This document shows positions 1 to 4,835 of a stretch of DNA of 4,835 bases, one piece after another; position 1 is the first letter of the stretch, and every line of letters begins with the position of its first letter. The notes under the pieces were generated by a model. That model worked only from the letters and a program-made list of their open reading frames with translations. It searched no databases and was not told the DNA's origin. Source of the stretch: a virus (Duplodnaviria > Heunggongvirae > Uroviricota > Caudoviricetes); the IMG/VR virus record IMGVR_UViG_2700989363_000007; one strand, written 5' to 3'. Made by a program: the position numbers and the translations under genes.

Positions 1-36
1 CCGGCGGGCTGTCATAACACTGTGTTACCTGGCTAA

Positions 37-636
37 TCAGAATTTATAACCGACACCCACGATGAAACCGTCAGTGCGCCAGTCACCACTGCCGGAGCCT
101 TCATAAGCAATATCAATGGCCACGGATTCGGTCGGGTTAAACTGCACGCCAGCTCCCCACGCCAGAGACGTGTTGCTGTGGCGATCGTCATCACTTCCGG
201 TCAGCACATCGTGCGTTTTCCCCTTGTTGTCAGTTACGCGGAGATAATCCCCGGAGAACGTCGAAACACGGCTGTAAGCCACACCTGCCATCGCATAAGC
301 ACTGAACCATTCATTCACGCGTACAGATGGCCCCGCCATCATGCTGAACCAGCGGTTACGCACTGAATCTTCATGCCAGCGGGTATCGCTGTAATGCGTT
401 TTTTGCTCATCTTTGGCATTGGCATAACTGAATGACGTCACCAGCCCCAGCGTGTCCGTAAACTCATAACGGTATTTCACGTTAATGCCCTTCAGGTCAT
501 CACTGCCTGGCATATCAGTATGGGTCTGAAGATACCCGGCGCTTAGTGTGGACTGATGCTCTGCTGCGCTCGCTGGCGTACCAGCGGCAACCAGCCAGAC
601 TACTGCGGACAGAATAACAGCACATAATTTACGCAT
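37..636 (-). CDS. lom: Outer membrane protein Lom (Ail/Lom/PagC/OmpX family 8-stranded beta-barrel), phage moron gene
   Basis: 199-aa ORF with stop TGA at 37-39 and ATG at 634-636. N-terminus MRKLCAVILSAVVWLVAAGTPASA/AEHQ is a typical Sec signal peptide with an AxA cleavage motif. The mature protein has alternating hydrophobic/aromatic beta-strand patterning and ends in a C-terminal Phe (GYKF), the outer-membrane beta-barrel signature. Sequence closely resembles lambda Lom as I recall it, and the position immediately downstream of J matches lambda gene order. Confidence 0.93.
   Translation of the reverse strand: MRKLCAVILSAVVWLVAAGTPASAAEHQSTLSAGYLQTHTDMPGSDDLKGINVKYRYEFTDTLGLVTSFSYANAKDEQKTHYSDTRWHEDSVRNRWFSMMAGPSVRVNEWFSAYAMAGVAYSRVSTFSGDYLRVTDNKGKTHDVLTGSDDDRHSNTSLAWGAGVQFNPTESVAIDIAYEGSGSGDWRTDGFIVGVGYKF
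565..636 (-). other. Signal peptide coding region of Lom (residues 1-24, predicted cleavage after ASA)
   Basis: Positively charged N-terminus (MRK), hydrophobic core (LCAVILSAVVWLVAA), then small-residue ASA before AEHQ. Cleavage site is predicted by motif only. Confidence 0.6.
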
Positions 637-641
637 AATTA

Positions 642-647
642 CCTCTC
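642..647 (-). promoter_or_regulatory. Shine-Dalgarno sequence for lom
   Basis: Minus strand reads AGCGAGAGGTAATT-ATG. The GAGAGG purine-rich motif sits 5 nt upstream of the lom ATG. Confidence 0.5.
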
Positions 648-657
648 GCTTTTCTGC

Positions 658-684
658 AATAAAAAAGGCACCATTTCTGGTGCC
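658..684 (-). terminator. Rho-independent terminator downstream of J (minus-strand orientation)
   Basis: Minus-strand sequence GGCACCA-GAAA-TGGTGCC is a perfect 7-bp GC-rich stem (plus 667-673 / 678-684) with a GAAA tetraloop, followed immediately by TTTTTTATT (plus 658-666). It lies 20 nt after the J stop codon. On the plus strand the same hairpin is not followed by a T-run, so it is unidirectional. Confidence 0.72.
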
Positions 685-703
685 CGTATCTGGGTTATAA
701 AAT

Positions 704-3700
704 TCAGCTAATCGTGATGCCTGCAGTGGCTTTCTTCATCACAACAACCAGCAAATCGCTGATACTTGCTGTGGGATACCAGCCATTTACCAGCCATGCT
801 GACACCGAAAACTCCAGTGTCATGTGACCGTGACCGGCAGGCATATCAATAACGCCACTGTAAATCAGCGTATTATCCAGCGCGGTACGGTTATAAATTT
901 CAGCACCGTTTTTCCGCACTATCAGACGGCATGAGGAGTAAATATCAGTATGCTCTCTCTCATGCTTAGCGCCACTGAATGCCACAGCCGGAATAACAAT
1001 TTGCCGGTCAAACGGCTGATCGTCATAAACCCTGACGGTAATGGTCCCTGATGGCCACCGCTCCGGTGCCCGGGAGTCACGGGGGAAAGCTTTGCCCACT
1101 GTTTTAACGAGATCGCCTTCAATCTGGTTCGCGGACAGTTTTCCCAGAACCCGACAGTTCTCGTTAATCGTGACGTTGTTGAGCGTCCCGGAGTTCGCAT
1201 TCACGTTACCGCTGATATCGGCATTTTTCGCCGTCAGCCGCCCGTCCGGTGTCAGGGAAAATGCCGGAGGATTACCGCCGCTGGTAATGGTGGGAGCCGT
1301 CAGGCGTTTCAGGAACACGTCGTTCATGAATATCTGATCGCCCTGACCAACAAACATCGGCTTTGTGTTGCCATTCGCAGGATTAATCATCGCAATCCGG
1401 TCAGCAGCCAGAAGCACCTGACTCTGCATACCTGCTGGCGTATTCTCAATACCGGCTCCGATACCCGCAATATAAAGGCGTCCGTCCTTCATCTGCTGCA
1501 GTTTCACGGCCCACATGCTGTTCAGGTTATTATTTGTATCAACCTGAACTTTCTGTATCTGCTGGATTGCCGCGCTCTGATTTTCCAGTTTCTTATTGAC
1601 GGTCTGTGTGATTTCATTGCTGACATCCGTAATGGACGTCCTGATTTCAGCCAGGTCAGGCGCAAGCTGATCGTTATCAATCTGCGTCCACAGCTCCTGA
1701 GCCAGATGTGTTTTCCCGATTTTTTCTTTAAAAAAATTCAGGTAACCTTCCGCATCATCGCTCGCCCGACCGACGGCCTCCACGAATGCCGATTTGCCAA
1801 CGGTATTCACACTGCGGATATAAAAGTAATAATCATGGCCCGGCCTGATATTGATACTGGCGGCTATCCAGTACATCCCCGTGCCAAGATAGCGGGCTGT
1901 GGTTTCAACCTGCCTGATATCGGCAATCCGCTTTTCCGAAAACCAGAACTCAAACTGTACCGTCGGATCATAAACCGCAAGATGCGGCGTGGCGGTTATC
2001 TGAAAATAGCCCGGCGTCAGCTCAATCTGTGACGGCGCTGCCGGTGCGGCAATCCGGAACGATACCGACGCCGGATCGCCCTGCTGTCCCCATGCATTTA
2101 CTGCCCGGACTGTCAGCCTGTAGTTCCCCAGAGCCAGTTGTGTGAAGCGGTAAGTGGTTTCCGTCGTCCGGGCCGTGCTGACCAGCCGCTCACTGCCGTC
2201 ATCCGCTGCCACGGTCAGGCGAAGCATAAAGCTCACCCCCTTCACCACCTTCGGCGTGTCCCAGCGGGCCAGCACCTGGTATTCCCCGCTGTCTGCGGTG
2301 ACTTCGGCGGTCAGATGCTGCACTGCTGGCGGCGTGACACCATTCACCGTGCCGCTCTGGTTACCGTCAAAGTGCGCCCCGTTATCCACGATGGCTTCTT
2401 TCTCCGGTACATGCTGCACTGCAGTGATGGCATACGTACCGTCGTCGTTCTCACGGATACTCACACAGCGGAACAATCGCTGGTGCAGCGTCGGCAGCTT
2501 CAGCCCCCACACGCTGTACTCGGCAACGCCGTCAGGAACCCGGCTCACTTTCACCTTCACGCCGTCGGTGATGGACTGGACCTCCACGCTGACCGGATTG
2601 CCACTTCCGTCAACCAGGCTTATCAGCGTGGTGCCGGAGGATGGCAGCGTGATTTCACGGTCGAGCGTCAGCGTCCGGGTCTGGCTGTTCACCGCCAGCA
2701 CGCGCCCGCCGGTGCTGATACCGGCATAGTCATCATCGCAGATTTCAATGACATCGCCCGGTACATGGCGAAGCCCTTCGGCACCCACGCTGAAGTCCAC
2801 GGTCTGCGTCTCCAGCAGTTCTGTTTTAATCAGCCACAGCCCGGCGCGGTGCGCCTGCCCCCGACTGGTACAGCCAAACGCATCCATCTTTGTGACGTTA
2901 CGACCATAACGGGCAATGGCCTGCGAGTCCTCCACAAGCTCTGTGGCCGCCTCCCAGCCGTTATCCGGGTCAATCCAGTTCACTTCAACGGCATTATGGC
3001 GGTCTTTCAGGGCGCTGAAGCTGTAGCGGAATGGTGCACCATCATCCGGCATCACCACATTACTGCGGTTATAGGTCCACACCTTATCCGATGGTCGGTC
3101 CTGCACGAACGTCAGCGTCTGCCCGTTCCATACCGGCATACAGCGCATCGCCGAGCAGAAATCACTGAGCACATCCCACGCCTTACGTTGTGTGGTCAGG
3201 TAAGCGTTACAGGTGATGCGCGGCTCCGTACCGCCAAAGCCGTCCGGCACCGACTGGTCGCAATTCTGGCCGATGACATACAGCGCCCATTTGTCCACAT
3301 CCGCCGCACCGAGACGTTTCCCCATGCCGTAGCGCGGGTGGGTCAGCATATCCCACAGACACCAGGCCATGTTGTTGCTGTATGACGGTTTAAACGTCCC
3401 GTCCCAGATACCGCTGTATTGCCGCGTCTGCGGGTTATAATTCGACGGCACCTGCAGAATACGCCCGCGAAGATGATAATTACGGCTCACCTGCTGGCTG
3501 CCGAACTGCTCCGAATCCACCTGTACGCCGACCAGTGCCGTGTTCGGGTAGCACTGTTTCACATCGATGATTTCGGTGTATGACGACCAGAGCGTTTTGT
3601 TCTGCAGCTGGTCTGTGGTGCTGTCCGGCGTCATCCTGCGCATCCGGATGTTGAACGGGCGCGGCGGCAGATTATCCACCACTACCGAGGCCAGATACTG

Positions 3701-4183
3701 CGAGGTGGTTTTGCCCTTAATGGTGATGTCTTTTTCCGTCACCCAGCCACCGTTACGCTGTATCTGAACCAGCAGGCGGACTTCCGACGGATTCCGGTCC
3801 CCCTTTGAAGTGGTTTCCACCAGTGCCTGCACACCGAAGGTAAAGCGCAGACGGTCAATGTTTGCCGACGTGATGGTCCGGGTGATCGGCGTGTCGTATT
3901 TCACTTCCGTGCCCAGTACCGTCTCGGAACCTGATGATTCAAATCCCTCCGGCGGTGTCTGTTCCTGCTCACCTGCCCGGAACACCACCGTGACACCGGA
4001 GATGTTAGTATTCCCCTCACTGTCCAGCACCGGTGTACTGTTCAGCAGCACGCTTTTTAATCCATCCACCGGACCTTCAACCGGCCCTTCGCTGATGGCA
4101 TCGATCACACTCAGCAACTGCGTGGACTTCAGGTTGTCCTTTGCTTCGCGCGGGGTATGCCCCTTACTGCTGCCTTTACCCAT
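704..4183 (-). CDS. J: Tail tip host-specificity protein J (central tail fibre, receptor-recognition protein)
   Basis: 1159-aa ORF with ATG at 4181-4183 and stop TGA at 704-706. N-terminus [41 protein letters not shown] and long internal stretches match lambda gpJ as I recall it. Size (lambda J is 1132 aa) and position between I and lom fit. The C-terminal region diverges (see findings). Confidence 0.96.
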   Translation of the reverse strand: MGKGSSKGHTPREAKDNLKSTQLLSVIDAISEGPVEGPVDGLKSVLLNSTPVLDSEGNTNISGVTVVFRAGEQEQTPPEGFESSGSETVLGTEVKYDTPITRTITSANIDRLRFTFGVQALVETTSKGDRNPSEVRLLVQIQRNGGWVTEKDITIKGKTTSQYLASVVVDNLPPRPFNIRMRRMTPDSTTDQLQNKTLWSSYTEIIDVKQCYPNTALVGVQVDSEQFGSQQVSRNYHLRGRILQVPSNYNPQTRQYSGIWDGTFKPSYSNNMAWCLWDMLTHPRYGMGKRLGAADVDKWALYVIGQNCDQSVPDGFGGTEPRITCNAYLTTQRKAWDVLSDFCSAMRCMPVWNGQTLTFVQDRPSDKVWTYNRSNVVMPDDGAPFRYSFSALKDRHNAVEVNWIDPDNGWEAATELVEDSQAIARYGRNVTKMDAFGCTSRGQAHRAGLWLIKTELLETQTVDFSVGAEGLRHVPGDVIEICDDDYAGISTGGRVLAVNSQTRTLTLDREITLPSSGTTLISLVDGSGNPVSVEVQSITDGVKVKVSRVPDGVAEYSVWGLKLPTLHQRLFRCVSIRENDDGTYAITAVQHVPEKEAIVDNGAHFDGNQSGTVNGVTPPAVQHLTAEVTADSGEYQVLARWDTPKVVKGVSFMLRLTVAADDGSERLVSTARTTETTYRFTQLALGNYRLTVRAVNAWGQQGDPASVSFRIAAPAAPSQIELTPGYFQITATPHLAVYDPTVQFEFWFSEKRIADIRQVETTARYLGTGMYWIAASINIRPGHDYYFYIRSVNTVGKSAFVEAVGRASDDAEGYLNFFKEKIGKTHLAQELWTQIDNDQLAPDLAEIRTSITDVSNEITQTVNKKLENQSAAIQQIQKVQVDTNNNLNSMWAVKLQQMKDGRLYIAGIGAGIENTPAGMQSQVLLAADRIAMINPANGNTKPMFVGQGDQIFMNDVFLKRLTAPTITSGGNPPAFSLTPDGRLTAKNADISGNVNANSGTLNNVTINENCRVLGKLSANQIEGDLVKTVGKAFPRDSRAPERWPSGTITVRVYDDQPFDRQIVIPAVAFSGAKHEREHTDIYSSCRLIVRKNGAEIYNRTALDNTLIYSGVIDMPAGHGHMTLEFSVSAWLVNGWYPTASISDLLVVVMKKATAGITIS

Positions 4184-4191
4184 TCCTCACG

Positions 4192-4195
4192 CTCC
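4192..4195 (-). promoter_or_regulatory. Shine-Dalgarno sequence for J
   Basis: Minus strand reads TTTATGGAGCGTGAGGA-ATG. GGAG lies 8 nt upstream of the J ATG. A second GAGGA abuts the ATG but is too close to be the functional site. Confidence 0.5.
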
Positions 4196-4205
4196 ATAAA
4201 CGACA

Positions 4206-4225
4206 AAACCGCCCGGAGGCGGTTT
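4206..4225 (-). other. GC-rich stem-loop in the I-J intergenic spacer (terminator-like)
   Basis: Plus 4206-4213 AAACCGCC and 4218-4225 GGCGGTTT are perfect inverted repeats around a 4-nt loop. On the minus strand the stem is followed by TTTTGTCGTTTAT, a U-rich tract. It sits between the I stop (4244-4246) and the J start. Confidence 0.4.
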
Positions 4226-4243
4226 CACATAAAACGTTTTTCA

Positions 4244-4835
4244 TCAACGACCAATCACCACAACCTGACCACCGTCCCCCTCGTCTGCCGTGCTGATCTC
4301 CTGAGAGACAACACGTGACCCCACGCGCATTTCACCGTACAGAACAGGCAGAACATTGCCCTGGGCAACCATGTTGTCCAGTGACGAGAAATACGTGTTC
4401 TGCTTACCGTTATCCGTTGTCTGTGTACGGGGAGTTCTGGGTTTAGGGGCCAACATCTGGGCCACACCGCCAAGCACCATACTGGCACCGAGAGAAAACA
4501 GGATGCCGGTCATACCACCGGCCCCAATGGCTGCCCCCCATGCTGCAAGGGTGGCTCCGGCAGTAAAGAATGATCCGGCAATGGCGGCAGCCCCCAGGAC
4601 AATCTGGAATACACCACCTGACTTGGCCCCGGCGACTCTGGGAACAATATGAATCACAGCGCCGTCAGGCAGAGTCTCATGTAACTGCGCCGTTAACCCG
4701 GACGTGCTGACGTCCCGCCCGGCAATCCGTACCTGATACCAGCCGTCGCTCAGTTTCTGACGAAACGCCGGGAGCTGTGTGGCCAGTGCGCGGATGGCTT
4801 CAGCCCCCGTTTTCACACGAAGGTCGATGCGGCGG
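4244..4835 (-). CDS. I: Tail tip assembly protein I, 5'-truncated by the window edge
   Basis: Stop TGA at 4244-4246. Translation ...RRIDLRVKTGAEAIRALATQLPAFRQKLSDGWYQVRIAGRDV...EGDGGQVVVIGR matches the C-terminal ~195 residues of lambda gpI as I recall it. The reading frame stays open to position 4835 (upstream codons give RRIDLR), so the true start is beyond the window. The M at 4816 in the ORF track is an internal GTG (Val) codon, not the start. Confidence 0.93.
   Translation of the reverse strand, partial: RRIDLRVKTGAEAIRALATQLPAFRQKLSDGWYQVRIAGRDVSTSGLTAQLHETLPDGAVIHIVPRVAGAKSGGVFQIVLGAAAIAGSFFTAGATLAAWGAAIGAGGMTGILFSLGASMVLGGVAQMLAPKPRTPRTQTTDNGKQNTYFSSLDNMVAQGNVLPVLYGEMRVGSRVVSQEISTADEGDGGQVVVIGR

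Noticed and set aside
178-366. 62-aa plus-strand ORF inside lom
   Set aside because: Antisense to lom with no start signals; treated as an artefact.
825-838. Short tandem repeat GTGACCGTGACC
   Set aside because: It encodes the Gly-His-Gly-His dipeptide repeat in the J C-terminus on the minus strand. It is only two copies and a coding consequence, not a repeat element or CRISPR-like structure.
922-1200. 92-aa minus-strand ORF in an alternative frame inside J
   Set aside because: Same-strand out-of-frame overlap with a strongly supported gene. The product is Arg/Ser/Thr-rich and there is no independent translation signal.
2154-2729. 191-aa plus-strand ORF overlapping J
   Set aside because: Another antisense shadow ORF inside J. 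It is Ser/Thr/Val-rich with no convincing Shine-Dalgarno sequence and no resemblance to any protein family I recognise.
2138-3385. 415-aa ORF on the plus strand, lying entirely inside J
   Set aside because: It is antisense to J in the frame that exactly mirrors the J codons. Stop codons on this strand would require the sense codons TTA, CTA or TCA, which are disfavoured in J, so a long open frame is an expected codon-usage artefact. The product is His/Arg/Pro/Val-rich low-complexity sequence with no start context, RBS or recognisable fold.
1041-4199. Further plus-strand ORFs 1041-1337, 1706-2032, 3567-3767 and 3810-4199
   Set aside because: All lie within and antisense to the J coding sequence, which is strongly supported. 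They are short, compositionally odd, lack ribosome-binding sites, and are most parsimoniously explained as chance open frames.
4255-4652. ORFs 4255-4488 (-) and 4356-4652 (+) overlapping gene I
   Set aside because: Alternative-frame and antisense overlaps of I. The true frame gives a near-complete match to lambda gpI; these are chance ORFs.
4814-4816. Start codon of the I ORF as given in the six-frame track
   Set aside because: The codon is GTG encoding an internal Val. The frame remains open upstream to the window edge and the upstream residues (RRIDLR) continue the match to lambda gpI, so the gene is 5'-truncated by the window and does not start here.
1-4835. Possibility of a hidden defence system, CRISPR array, RNA gene or mobile element in the window
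   Set aside because: The three minus-strand genes and their short spacers account for essentially all of the sequence. There are no spacer-repeat arrays, no tRNA-like cloverleaf candidates, no terminal inverted repeats and no unexplained intergenic space larger than 67 nt.

Overview
The window is the tail-tip end of a lambda-like (lambdoid) phage or prophage late operon, with every real gene on the minus strand. Reading 5'->3' on the minus strand: the 3' part of tail tip assembly gene I (5' end lies beyond the window), a 60-nt spacer with a GC-rich hairpin, the complete host-specificity/central tail fibre gene J (1159 aa), a strong intrinsic terminator, and the outer-membrane moron gene lom (199 aa). 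The I fragment and the first ~800 residues of J look nearly identical to phage lambda, judged against my recollection of the lambda proteins and not a computed alignment. I do not see evidence of a new, undescribed system here. The most interesting signal is that the C-terminal ~340 residues of J, the receptor-recognition region, diverge from lambda J in a mosaic pattern, suggesting an altered receptor specificity. All plus-strand ORFs in the six-frame track are antisense shadows of J, I or lom and are rejected.
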